From NCBI GenBank assembly GCA_041496385.1, contig JBGQEL010000004.1, positions 1 to 64,000 on the forward strand: a DNA stretch of 64,000 nucleotides, written 5' to 3'. Under the pieces are notes generated by a model. The model was not told the DNA's origin, made no database searches, and saw nothing but the letters and a program-made list of their open reading frames with translations. This document shows, one piece after another, positions 8,942-17,983 of the stretch. Each line of letters begins with the position of its first letter. Position 1 is the stretch's first letter. The position numbers and the translations under genes are program-made. Source of the stretch: Candidatus Methylomirabilia bacterium (GTDB lineage Bacteria; Methylomirabilota; Methylomirabilia; Rokubacteriales; CSP1-6).

Positions 8942-10237
8942 CTAGCCGCGCTCGATGACGCGCACGGCTTTGCCCTCCGAGCGCGGGATCGTGCGCGGCG
9001 CCACGATCGTGAGCCGGACGGAGAGGCCGAGCGCCTTCTGCAGACGATCGGCCACGCGCGCGCGCAGCGTGACGATCTCCGGGTGCTCGGCGCGAAAGCC
9101 CCCACAGCGCTCGACGAGTGCCTGCGCGGGCTCGACGTGGACCTCGAGCGTCGCCAGCGTGGCCGAGCGATCCACGACGAGCTGGTAGTGGGGCGCCAGC
9201 TCCGCAACCTGCAGCAGCGTGTGCTCGACCTCCGAGGGATAGAGGTTCACACCCTTGATCACCAGCATGTCGTCCGACCGGCCCTTGACGCGCGCCATGC
9301 GAACGGAGGTGCGCCCGCACCGGCAGGGTTCCTCGACGAGAGCCGTGACGTCGCCCGTCCGGTAGCGGACGAGCGGCATGGCGCGCTTGGTCAGCGTCGT
9401 GAGCACGAGCTCCCCCTCACGGCCCGGCGCGAGCGGCTCGCCGCTCGCCGGATCGATGATCTCGGGCAGGAAATGGTCGTCCTGGATGTGCAGACCCTCC
9501 TGGGCCTCGCACTCGCCCGCGACGCCGGGCCCGATGATCTCCGACAGGCCGTAGACGTCGAACGCCCGGCAGCCGAGCGCGCGCTCGAGGGCTGCCCGCA
9601 CGCCCTCGGTCCACGCCTCGGCGCCGAACATCCCGTAGCGGAGCCCGAGCGCGCCCGGGCCGACGCCGTCGGCCGCGAGGCCCTCGGCGAGGTGCAGGAC
9701 GAACGAGGGCGTACCGCAGATCCCCGCCGGGCGAAGGTCGCGCAGGAGGAGCTGGTGCCGGGCCGTGTTGCCCGACGACACGGGGACGACCGTCATCCCG
9801 ATCCGCTCGGCGCCGTCGTGAAAGCCGAGCCCGCCGGTGAAGAGTCCGTAGCCGAAGGCGACGTGGAGCATGTCGCCGCGTCGCGCGCCGGCGGCCGTCA
9901 GGGCCCGCGCCATCACCTCGCGCCACACGTCGAGGTCCTCGGCCGTGTAGCCCACGATCGTCGGCTTTCCCTTCGTCCCCGAGGAGCCGTGGACACGCGC
10001 CACCTCGGCGACGGGCACGGCGAACAGCCCGAACGGATAGTGGTCGCGGAGGTCGCTCTTCCGCACGAACGGCAGGCGCCGGAGGTCGTCGAGGGTGTCG
10101 AGCCGGGCGTCCCCGAGCCGCTCACGCTGGAAGGGAACGCGCTCCACCGCCCAGCGCAGCGTCGCCTGGAGCCGTTCCAGCTGCAGCCGGGCGCGCGCGC
10201 CGGGCGCCATGGTCTCGCACTCGGGATTCCAGATCAT
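8942..10237 (-). CDS. paaK: Phenylacetate-CoA ligase family protein
   Basis: LRDHYPFG, HGSSGTKGKP, FGYGLFTGGLG, YGLSE, RYRTGD and GRSDDML motifs. Confidence 0.9.
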   Translation of the reverse strand: MIWNPECETMAPGARARLQLERLQATLRWAVERVPFQRERLGDARLDTLDDLRRLPFVRKSDLRDHYPFGLFAVPVAEVARVHGSSGTKGKPTIVGYTAEDLDVWREVMARALTAAGARRGDMLHVAFGYGLFTGGLGFHDGAERIGMTVVPVSSGNTARHQLLLRDLRPAGICGTPSFVLHLAEGLAADGVGPGALGLRYGMFGAEAWTEGVRAALERALGCRAFDVYGLSEIIGPGVAGECEAQEGLHIQDDHFLPEIIDPASGEPLAPGREGELVLTTLTKRAMPLVRYRTGDVTALVEEPCRCGRTSVRMARVKGRSDDMLVIKGVNLYPSEVEHTLLQVAELAPHYQLVVDRSATLATLEVHVEPAQALVERCGGFRAEHPEIVTLRARVADRLQKALGLSVRLTIVAPRTIPRSEGKAVRVIERG

Positions 10238-10830
10238 GCCCCGTCACGGAGGCCGTGCTCGGCCCGGAGCCGCGCGATCTCCTCACGGATGAGGCGCTCG
10301 GCGATCGGCGGAACCACCTCCCGCGCGACCTCGCGCACGATCGCGGCGATTCGCTCGCCGAGCTCGGCCTCGCAGTAGCGCGCGACGGCGGCCTCGGCGG
10401 CCCGCCGCACGGCCTCCTCGAGGGCGTCGTCGGTGCCGGCGCCGCCCCGGCCCGCCGGGGGCCGGGCCAGGGCGTCCCGGAGCGCCGTGACGACCGCCGC
10501 GTCGTCCAGGTGGTCCACCGCCAGCGCGCCGTCGGCCGGGACCGCGGTCGGCGCCGGCTTCGCGTCGCGAAGGAGCCAGAGCACCGGCAGGTCACGGTAG
10601 CGCGTGGCGCCCTTCAGGGTCCGCACCACGTCCACGCCCGAGACGCCGGCACCCTGGAGGCCCGGCTCGATCAGGACGAGGTCCACCGCGTGGTCGCGGA
10701 CGGTGCGGAGGACCTCCGCGCTCGAGGTGACGCTCAGGACCGCCCAGCCCGCACGCCGCAGTAGAGGCTCGAGCGCGGCGTGGGGTTCGGGCGCACCGGC
10801 CGCGATGAGCACGCGCCGCGCCGCCGTCAC
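10234..10830 (-). CDS. Pseudo-receiver domain protein with RomR-like C-terminal helix
   Basis: Receiver fold (RVLIA...DLVLIE...SGVDVVRTLK...LPVLWL) lacking the acidic pair, Asp and Lys; C-terminus VREVAREVVPPIAERLIREEIARL; GTGA coupling to upstream ORF (alternative start 10845). Confidence 0.7.
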   Translation of the reverse strand: MTAARRVLIAAGAPEPHAALEPLLRRAGWAVLSVTSSAEVLRTVRDHAVDLVLIEPGLQGAGVSGVDVVRTLKGATRYRDLPVLWLLRDAKPAPTAVPADGALAVDHLDDAAVVTALRDALARPPAGRGGAGTDDALEEAVRRAAEAAVARYCEAELGERIAAIVREVAREVVPPIAERLIREEIARLRAEHGLRDGA

Positions 10831-11078
10831 CGCGCCGCGCTCCACGGGGCGCCCGGCCGGCGGGGCGGCTCGGGGAACTGCTGCTCCACGACCCGGTGCT
10901 GCCGAAGCCCGATGGCCTCTCGCTGGATCACCAGGGAGAGCCGGGCCTCCCGCGCCCGCGCGTGGGCGGTCTCGTACTCGGCGAGCAGGCGTGCCCGCGC
11001 CCGCAGGTCGGCACTCGCCGCGAAGAGCCGGGCGATCTCCTCCGCGAGGCGCTCGTGCGCCTGCTGGGTGCGGCTCAC
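10827..11078 (-). CDS. Small helical hypothetical protein (83 aa)
   Basis: GTGA-coupled on both sides; ...LVIQREAIGLRQH... motif. Confidence 0.65.
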   Translation of the reverse strand: MSRTQQAHERLAEEIARLFAASADLRARARLLAEYETAHARAREARLSLVIQREAIGLRQHRVVEQQFPEPPRRPGAPWSAAR

Positions 11079-12241
11079 GCTGGCGCGCGCGCGGCGCGGA
11101 CCCGCGCCACGGCCTCCGTGTACACGTCGAGCGTGCGCTCGATCTGGAACCGCATGTCGAACTCCCGGACGGCGGTCTCGCGCGCGCGCGCGCCCATCCG
11201 CCGGCGCCGCTCGGGATCGAGGAGCAGCCCGATGGCGGCGTCGCCGAGGTCGAGCGGATCCCCCTTGGTGAGCACGCCCGTGTCGCCGTCGCGTACCACC
11301 TCGTCGCAGCCCGGCGCGCTCACGGCGACGGCCGGCAGCCCGCACGCGGCGGCCTCGGCGAGCACCAGGCCTTGCGTCTCGGTCTCGGAGGCGAAGAGGA
11401 ACACGTCGGCGGCCTGGTAGCAGAGCGCGAGCGTGGCATGGGGGCGGGGGCCGAGGAACCGGACCCGGTCGCCCATCGGGAGCCGGCGGGCGAGGCGCTG
11501 GAGACGATCCGACTCGGTCCCCTGCCCCACGAGGATCAGGCCCGCAGCGGGCAGCGTGGACGCGACCCGCTCGAACGCGAGCAGCACGCGGTCCGCGCTC
11601 TTCTCGCGATCGAGCCGCCCCACGTAGAGGAGCAGCGGAGCATCCTCGGGGACGCCGAGCCCGGCACGCGCCGCCCGCCGGTCCCCCGGCCGGAAGCGCC
11701 CCAGGTCCACGCCCGTCGGCACCACGGCGATGGGCCCCCGGACGCCCCGCGCCCGCAGCTCGTCGCGAACGAGGGCCGAGGGCGCGATGACCGCGTCCGC
11801 GCGCGCCGCGAACCGCGTGCTGAGGCGCACGGCGAGCGCCTCGACGAGCGACCGCCGAAGCGGCACGTAGTGGGCGTACTTCTCGTAGCGCGTGTGGTAC
11901 GTGAACACCAGCGGGCGCCGATGGCGCCGCGCGAGCCGCGCGGCCGCCGGCCCGAGCAGGAACGGGTGGTGCGCGTGGAAGACGTCGAAGTCGAGCCCGG
12001 CCACGAGCCGCGCGATCCGGCGCGAGTACGGCACGGCGAGGGCGAATTCGGGGTAGGTCGCCGCGGGAATCGACGGGTACCGTACGACGCGCGCCGCGCC
12101 GTCGGCGACGTTCGCGAACCGCGGGCCGAAGACCCAGGGCTCGTGACCGGCGGCCTCGAGGCCCGCCCGTAGCGTCTCGACCGAGATCGTGACCCCGCCG
12201 TAGAACGGCAGGTAGTTGTTCGTGAAGAGGGCGACGCGCAC
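11075..12241 (-). CDS. Glycosyltransferase family 4 (GT-B; diacylglycerol glycosyltransferase-like)
   Basis: FTNNYLP..GGV, HAHHPF, TYHTRY, YVGRL.REK and SETETQGLVLAEA motifs. Confidence 0.9.
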   Translation of the reverse strand: MRVALFTNNYLPFYGGVTISVETLRAGLEAAGHEPWVFGPRFANVADGAARVVRYPSIPAATYPEFALAVPYSRRIARLVAGLDFDVFHAHHPFLLGPAAARLARRHRRPLVFTYHTRYEKYAHYVPLRRSLVEALAVRLSTRFAARADAVIAPSALVRDELRARGVRGPIAVVPTGVDLGRFRPGDRRAARAGLGVPEDAPLLLYVGRLDREKSADRVLLAFERVASTLPAAGLILVGQGTESDRLQRLARRLPMGDRVRFLGPRPHATLALCYQAADVFLFASETETQGLVLAEAAACGLPAVAVSAPGCDEVVRDGDTGVLTKGDPLDLGDAAIGLLLDPERRRRMGARARETAVREFDMRFQIERTLDVYTEAVARVRAARAPA

Positions 12242-12252
12242 CGGCGTGTCCG

Positions 12253-12756
12253 CTAGGCTTTGTTGAACTTCTCGAAGTCCTCCGGCTTGATGTTCTGCAA
12301 CCACTCCCGGAGCTGCTCCGGGTCGTCGGCCTTCACGGGCTCGGGCTCCTTGGCGACCTCGAGGCTCTTGGCCTTGCGGACGACCTCCTCGTCGACGTAG
12401 ATCGGCGCGGCGACGCGCAGCGCGAGCGCGATCGCGTCGGAGGGCCGCGAGTCCACCGTGTACTCCGTGTCGCCCGCCTGGAGGTGGATGACCGCGAAGA
12501 ACGTGTTCTCCTTGAGATCGGTCACAACGACCTTCAGCACCCGGGCGTCGATCGCCTCGAGGATGTTCTTGATGAGGTCGTGCGTCATCGGCCGCGCTGG
12601 CGCGACCTTCTCGAGCTCCAGCGCGATGGCGTTCGCCTCGAAGATCCCGACCCAGATCTGGAGGGAGCGCTTGTCCTCTTCGTCCCGCAGGATGATGATC
12701 GGCATGTTCGAGACCGCATCGAGCGCCAGCCCGCGGACCTTCATCTCGACAAACAT
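12253..12756 (-). CDS. Bifunctional nuclease family protein (DUF151)
   Basis: IWVGIFEANAIA, RPMTHDL and DSRPSDAIALA motifs. Confidence 0.92.
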   Translation of the reverse strand: MFVEMKVRGLALDAVSNMPIIILRDEEDKRSLQIWVGIFEANAIALELEKVAPARPMTHDLIKNILEAIDARVLKVVVTDLKENTFFAVIHLQAGDTEYTVDSRPSDAIALALRVAAPIYVDEEVVRKAKSLEVAKEPEPVKADDPEQLREWLQNIKPEDFEKFNKA

Positions 12757-14084
12757 GCGGCCTCCTCCCCTCGTGTGGCGAGCGCGCCGCGCAGGCTGTG
12801 CGGCATGGCTTCGTCGACCCGGACCCACGCCAGGTCCCCCACCGCAACACGTCCCTGCCCGTCGAAGTTGACGACCCGGTTGCAGCGGGTCCGCCCCGTG
12901 AGCTCGCCCGCGTTCTTCTTCGAGGTTCCGTCCACGAGCACCTCGAGCGTCCGCCCGGTGAGGCGGCGCTGGCGCTCAGCGGCCACGCGGTTCACCACCA
13001 CCAGCAGTCGCGCGTTGCGGCTCGCCTTGACGTCCTCCGGGATCTGATCGGGCATGGTGGCCGCCGGCGTGCCGGGGCGGCGCGAGTAGCGAAAGACGAA
13101 GACGTTGTCGTAGGCGACGCGCTCGACCAGCTCGAGCGTCTGCTCGAAGTCGGTCTCCGTCTCACCGGGGAAGCCGACGATGAGGTCCGTGGACATCGCC
13201 ATCTCGGGTACCGCGGCCCGGATCTCGTCGACAAGCTCGAGATATCGCTCGCGCGTATAGCCGCGGTTCATCCGCTCGAGGATGCGATTCGAGCCCGACT
13301 GGAGCGGAAGGTGGAACCACTCGCACACCTTCGGCACGTCGCGCAGCGCGCGGATGAGCCGGGGCGTGAGGTTGTAGGGATTCGAGGTCGTGAACCGGAT
13401 GCGCTCGATGCTTGGGACCGCGTCGACGCGCTCGAACAGCTCGGCCAGGTCGGTCGCCGGCGCGAGGTCGCGCCCGTACGCGTTGACCGTCTGGCCGAGC
13501 AGCGTCACCTCGCGGCATCCCTCGGCGACGAGGCTCCGGATCTCGGCGAGGATCGTCTCGGGTGGATGGCTGCGCTCGCGGCCGCGCGTGCGCGGGACGA
13601 CGCAGAAGGTGCAGTGCTTCTCGCACCCCTCCATGACCGTCACGAAGGCGCGCAGGCGGGCGGGCGCGGGCGGACGCGCCGTGATCTTGACGAGTGGCCC
13701 CTCACTCGTGTCGAGCAGCGGCCGGCGCTCTCGCCGGACCCGGTCGACGAGATCGGCGACGCGCGCGATGGCGGGCGAGCCGAAGACGAGGTCGACTCCC
13801 GGCGCGCGGCGCTGGATCCCCTCCTGGTGCAGCTGGGCCATGCAGCCCATGACGCCGATGACCAACCCGGGGTTCGCCGTCTTGAGCGCGCGAAGCTCGC
13901 CGAGCTTCGAGAACACCTTGTCCTCCGCCTTCTCGCGGATGGCGCACGTGTTGACGATGATCAGGTCGGCCTCGCGCTCGTCGGACACGAGCTCGTAGCG
14001 CTGCTCGCGAAGGAGGCCCGCGACGCGCTCCGAATCGTATTCGTTCATCTGGCAGCCGTAGGTGATGAGGTGGAGCTTGGCCAT
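12741..14084 (-). CDS. miaB: tRNA-2-methylthio-N6-dimethylallyladenosine synthase
   Basis: TYGCQMNEYDS, NTCAIRE, CEKHCTFC radical SAM motif, C-terminal TRAM domain. Confidence 0.95.
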   Translation of the reverse strand: MAKLHLITYGCQMNEYDSERVAGLLREQRYELVSDEREADLIIVNTCAIREKAEDKVFSKLGELRALKTANPGLVIGVMGCMAQLHQEGIQRRAPGVDLVFGSPAIARVADLVDRVRRERRPLLDTSEGPLVKITARPPAPARLRAFVTVMEGCEKHCTFCVVPRTRGRERSHPPETILAEIRSLVAEGCREVTLLGQTVNAYGRDLAPATDLAELFERVDAVPSIERIRFTTSNPYNLTPRLIRALRDVPKVCEWFHLPLQSGSNRILERMNRGYTRERYLELVDEIRAAVPEMAMSTDLIVGFPGETETDFEQTLELVERVAYDNVFVFRYSRRPGTPAATMPDQIPEDVKASRNARLLVVVNRVAAERQRRLTGRTLEVLVDGTSKKNAGELTGRTRCNRVVNFDGQGRVAVGDLAWVRVDEAMPHSLRGALATRGEEAACLSR

Positions 14085-14120
14085 GAGTTGTTCGTAAAAT
14101 CCAGCGCTTGCGCCTCACTG

Positions 14121-14149
14121 ACCGTAGCATCCACCCCAGGGGAAGTCAA
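14121..14149 (-). promoter_or_regulatory. sigma70 promoter for miaB operon
   Basis: TTGACT-N17-TACGGT with extended TG. Confidence 0.6.
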
Positions 14150-14196
14150 TTCGCGCGCCCGGGACCGGGCCCCCGCGCCATCGGGTAGTATGGCGC

Positions 14197-15870
14197 ATGG
14201 CGCTCGCCAGGAGCACGACCGGTCTCGTGCTGCTGACCTATCTCACCACGCACTTCCTGAACCATGCGCTCGGGCTCCACTCGCTCGACGCGATGGAGGC
14301 CGGGCGTGCCTGGTTCCTCTTCCTCTGGCGGAGCCCGCTCGGCACGATCCTCCTCTACGCCTCGCTGGTCACCCACTTCGGACTCGCGCTCCGGTCGCTC
14401 TACAGGCGTCGCCACTTCCGGCTCGCGGGCTGGGAGGCTCTCCAGCTCCTGCTGGGACTCATGATCCCACCGCTCCTCGTGACGCACGTCACCGCCACGC
14501 GGATCGGCTGGGCGCTCTTCGACGCGCCCGACAGCTACGCCCGAGTCGTGTTCGGGTTGTGGGTCTTCCGTCCCGACCTGGGCCTCCTGCAGATCACGCT
14601 CGTCACGGTCGCCTGGACCCACGGCTGTGTCGGCTTCCACTTCTGGCTGCGACTCAGGTCCTGGTACGCGCGAGCCGCGCCCGCGTTCTTCGCCGTCGCG
14701 CTCCTCCTGCCGCTCCTCGCGGTGCTGGGCTTCACCCAGGCGGGCAAGGAGGTCGCCCGGCTCGCCCGAGAGCCGCTCTGGTTTCAGGCGATGATCATCC
14801 GGCCCGATCCCCGCAGCGCCGCGGATCGGGCGCTCCAGGAACGCATCCGGGAGTCCCTCCTCGCCGCCGTCGGCGGCAGCCTGGCTGTCGTCCTGCTGGC
14901 GCGCGCCGGCCGGCAGCGCGGTGAGCGGCGCCGTGGTGTCATCCGCATCGCCTATCCGGCCGGCCGGTGGATCGCGGTGCCGGTGGGCTTCACCGTGCTC
15001 GAGGCGAGCCGGCGAGCCGGCATCCCGCACGCGTCGGTCTGCGGGGGCCGCGGGCGCTGCTCGACATGCCGCGTACGCGTCGTCGACGGCGTCGAGTTTC
15101 TGCCGGCCGCGGGTCCCGCCGAGCTGCGCGTCCTGAAGCGTGTGGGCGCCGGCCCCTCCGTCCGGCTCGCCTGTCAGCTCCGCCCCTCCCGCGATCTCAC
15201 CGTGATCCCGCTCCTGCCCGCGGGCGCCGGCCCCGCCGACGCGGCGGGCCGCGCGACACCCGAGGCGGGCCTCGAGCAGGAGATCACGGTGCTCTTCGCC
15301 GATCTCCGCGGGTTCACCCAGATCGCCGAGCACCGGCTCCCCTACGACGTGGTGTTCCTGCTGAACCAGTACTTCGCAGCGGTGGGCGGGGCCGTCAGGC
15401 GGTGCGGCGGCGTCACCAACCAGTTCACGGGCGACGGCGTCATGGCCCTCTTCGGCGTCGACGGCGACCCGCAAGACGGCGCGCGCCGGGCCCTCGCCGC
15501 GGCCCGCGAGATGGTGCTGAGCGTGCGCGCGCTGAGCGCGACGCTGGCCGACGAGCTCCCCGCCCCGCTCCATCTCGGGATCGGCGTCCACCTCGGCCCC
15601 GCGGTGGTGGGTCGCATGGGCTATGAGAAGACGGAGTACCTGACGGCGGTCGGCGATACGGTGCACGTCGCGAGCCGGCTCGAGCAGCTCACGAAGGAGT
15701 ACGGCTGCGAGCTGGTCTTCTCCGACGACGTCGCCCGCCGCGCGGGACTCGACGCGGCGGCCTTTCCACGCCACGACGTCACGGTGCGCAACCGCCGCGA
15801 GCCCCTGTCGATCCGCATCGTGGTCGACGCGACGGTGCTCGCGCCCGCCCCGAGGGCGGGCGTGAGCTGA
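14197..15870 (+). CDS. Membrane-bound class III adenylate/guanylate cyclase with [2Fe-2S] ferredoxin domain (CyaC-like)
   Basis: His-bearing TM helices (HFLNH, THF, THV, HGC); CGGRGRCSTC...RLACQ; FADLRGFT, GDGVMALF, GDTVHVASRLE. Confidence 0.88.
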   Translation: MALARSTTGLVLLTYLTTHFLNHALGLHSLDAMEAGRAWFLFLWRSPLGTILLYASLVTHFGLALRSLYRRRHFRLAGWEALQLLLGLMIPPLLVTHVTATRIGWALFDAPDSYARVVFGLWVFRPDLGLLQITLVTVAWTHGCVGFHFWLRLRSWYARAAPAFFAVALLLPLLAVLGFTQAGKEVARLAREPLWFQAMIIRPDPRSAADRALQERIRESLLAAVGGSLAVVLLARAGRQRGERRRGVIRIAYPAGRWIAVPVGFTVLEASRRAGIPHASVCGGRGRCSTCRVRVVDGVEFLPAAGPAELRVLKRVGAGPSVRLACQLRPSRDLTVIPLLPAGAGPADAAGRATPEAGLEQEITVLFADLRGFTQIAEHRLPYDVVFLLNQYFAAVGGAVRRCGGVTNQFTGDGVMALFGVDGDPQDGARRALAAAREMVLSVRALSATLADELPAPLHLGIGVHLGPAVVGRMGYEKTEYLTAVGDTVHVASRLEQLTKEYGCELVFSDDVARRAGLDAAAFPRHDVTVRNRREPLSIRIVVDATVLAPAPRAGVS

Positions 15871-16028
15871 CGACGCGCGACGATCTCGTCCGGAAGCCCG
15901 GGGTGGCGCACGCTCGGTTGCACGCTTCCTTGCGGGATCAGAATGAAAGATTGACGACGCCCCCCCACGATGGCGAGATATACTCGGGGCGGCAAGAACG
16001 TTACAGCGATGAAAGTTATTTCCAGAAC

Positions 16029-17015
16029 GTGAGACCCGCCGCCCAGTCGTCGCGCGAGATCCGCCAGATGGTCCGCTGCCTCGAGCTCTACTATCACCAG
16101 GCCAAGAGTCAGAAGGACATCGCCCGCGCGCTCGGCGTCTCGGCGCCGACCGTGTCCCGGCTGCTCAAGCGCGCCTACGACGAGGGCTGGGTCCGCGTCG
16201 AGCTCGATCTCCCGCGCATGGAGAAGCTGGAGGCGGCCCTGATCGAGCGCCTCGGCCTGCGCGACGCCGTCGTCGTCGCGGCCGCCGGGCGCGGCGACCT
16301 CAAGGAGGAGCTCGGCGTCGCGGCCGCGGCCTATTTCGAGAAGATCGCGTCGAACGGCATGCGCATCGGGCTCTCCTGCGGCTTCACGCTCTACCAGACC
16401 ATCCGCCGGCTCCGGGAACGCCGGTTTCGCGACCTGGCCCTCTACCCGCTCTCCGGCGAGAGCACCCTCAAGCAGGTGGACCTGTTCCCCAACACGCTCG
16501 TCGGGATGATGGCGGCCAAGTACCGGCCGCACGTCCAAGCCTACGCCCTGCCCGTCCAGCACCTGCTCTCGCTGGGCGAGATCGAACGCGAGCGGCGGCG
16601 CCTGCTGCGCGATCCGGAAGTGCGCACGATCTACAACGCCGCCCAGTCGGTTGACATCGCCCTCGTCGGGATCGGCCTGATCGGCGACCAGACCCCCGGG
16701 TTCTGCTCGCTGGCCGAGTCCTACGGGGTGAGCGTCGGCAGGCTGCGGCAGCTCGGCGTGGTCGGCGAGATCAACTACCAGCCCTTCGCGCGCGACGGGC
16801 GGATCGTGGACCGCCCCGAGCTCCGGGTCCTGATGCGTCGCGTCCTGTCGGTGGGCGGCGACCGCCTGCAGGCGCTCTCGCGCCGGCCCGACCGGCACGT
16901 CGTCGCGATCGCCGGCGGCCGGGCCAAGGTCGAGGCCGTGCGGGGCGCGCTGGCCGGGCGCTTCATGAATGTCCTCGTCACCGACGAGGACGTGGCCACC
17001 GCCCTGCTCCGCTAG
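16029..17015 (+). CDS. SorC/DeoR(LsrR)-family sugar-binding transcriptional regulator
   Basis: YY...[41 protein letters not shown] and LVTDE effector-domain motifs; start uncertain. Confidence 0.88.
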   Translation: MRPAAQSSREIRQMVRCLELYYHQAKSQKDIARALGVSAPTVSRLLKRAYDEGWVRVELDLPRMEKLEAALIERLGLRDAVVVAAAGRGDLKEELGVAAAAYFEKIASNGMRIGLSCGFTLYQTIRRLRERRFRDLALYPLSGESTLKQVDLFPNTLVGMMAAKYRPHVQAYALPVQHLLSLGEIERERRRLLRDPEVRTIYNAAQSVDIALVGIGLIGDQTPGFCSLAESYGVSVGRLRQLGVVGEINYQPFARDGRIVDRPELRVLMRRVLSVGGDRLQALSRRPDRHVVAIAGGRAKVEAVRGALAGRFMNVLVTDEDVATALLR

Positions 17016-17983
17016 GAGCCCGCCCTCGGCATCGACGCCTCCTCGTAGGCGCCCATGCGCCGGAACTTGTCGTGGCGCTCCGCCACCACGGCCTCGCGCG
17101 ACTTCGGCGCGAGGTCGGCGAGCTGATCCCGCACCGCGGCACGGAGGCTCGCGGCGGCCGCCTCCCAGTTCCGGTGCGCGCCGCCGAGCGGCTCGGGGAT
17201 GATCCCGTCGATCACGCCGAGCCGCAGGAGATCGGGCGCCGTGATCTTCATGGACTCGGCCGCGTCGGGCGCCTTGCGGGCGTCGCCCCACAGGATGGCG
17301 GCGCAGCCCTCGGGCGAGATCACAGAGTAGATCGCGTGCTCGAGCATGAGGACGCGGTTGCCCATCCCGATCGCGAGGGCTCCGCCGCTTCCGCCCTCGC
17401 CCGTCACGACGGCGACGATCGGCGTCTGGAGCGCCGCCATCTCGCGGAGATTGCGCGCGATCGCCTCCGCCTGGCCGCGCTCCTCGGCGCCGACTCCCGG
17501 ATAGGCGCCGGGCGTGTCGATGAGGGTCAACACGGGCTTGCCGACCCGCTCGGCGAGCTGCATGAGACGCAGCGCCTTGCGGTAGCCCTCGGGGTGCGGC
17601 ATGCCGAAGTTGCGCGCGATCTTCTCACGCGTGTCGCGGCCCTTCTGGTGGCCGATGACCACGACCCCCCGCCCTTCGAACCGCGCGAGGCCGCCGACGA
17701 TCGCCTGGTCGTCGCCGTACAGGCGGTCGCCGTGCAGCTCGACGAAGTCGTCGAAGAGCAGGCGGATGAAGTCTCGCGCGTGCGGGCGCTTCGGGTGCCG
17801 TGCGAGCTGCGTCCGCTGCCAGGCGGTCAGGCTCGCGTAGGTCTTCTGGCGCTGGCGCGCCAGCCGCTCCTCGAGCTTGGCGATCTCGTCGCGGGCCTTG
17901 GGCGAGTCGTCCTGGGCCTGGAGGGTCGCGATCCGGTTCTCCAGCTCGAGCAGCGGCTGCTCGAAGTCAAGCGCGTCCGGCAT
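17012..17983 (-). CDS. accA: Acetyl-CoA carboxylase carboxyltransferase alpha
   Basis: [24 protein letters not shown] and GEGGSGGA motifs. Confidence 0.96.
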   Translation of the reverse strand: MPDALDFEQPLLELENRIATLQAQDDSPKARDEIAKLEERLARQRQKTYASLTAWQRTQLARHPKRPHARDFIRLLFDDFVELHGDRLYGDDQAIVGGLARFEGRGVVVIGHQKGRDTREKIARNFGMPHPEGYRKALRLMQLAERVGKPVLTLIDTPGAYPGVGAEERGQAEAIARNLREMAALQTPIVAVVTGEGGSGGALAIGMGNRVLMLEHAIYSVISPEGCAAILWGDARKAPDAAESMKITAPDLLRLGVIDGIIPEPLGGAHRNWEAAAASLRAAVRDQLADLAPKSREAVVAERHDKFRRMGAYEEASMPRAGS

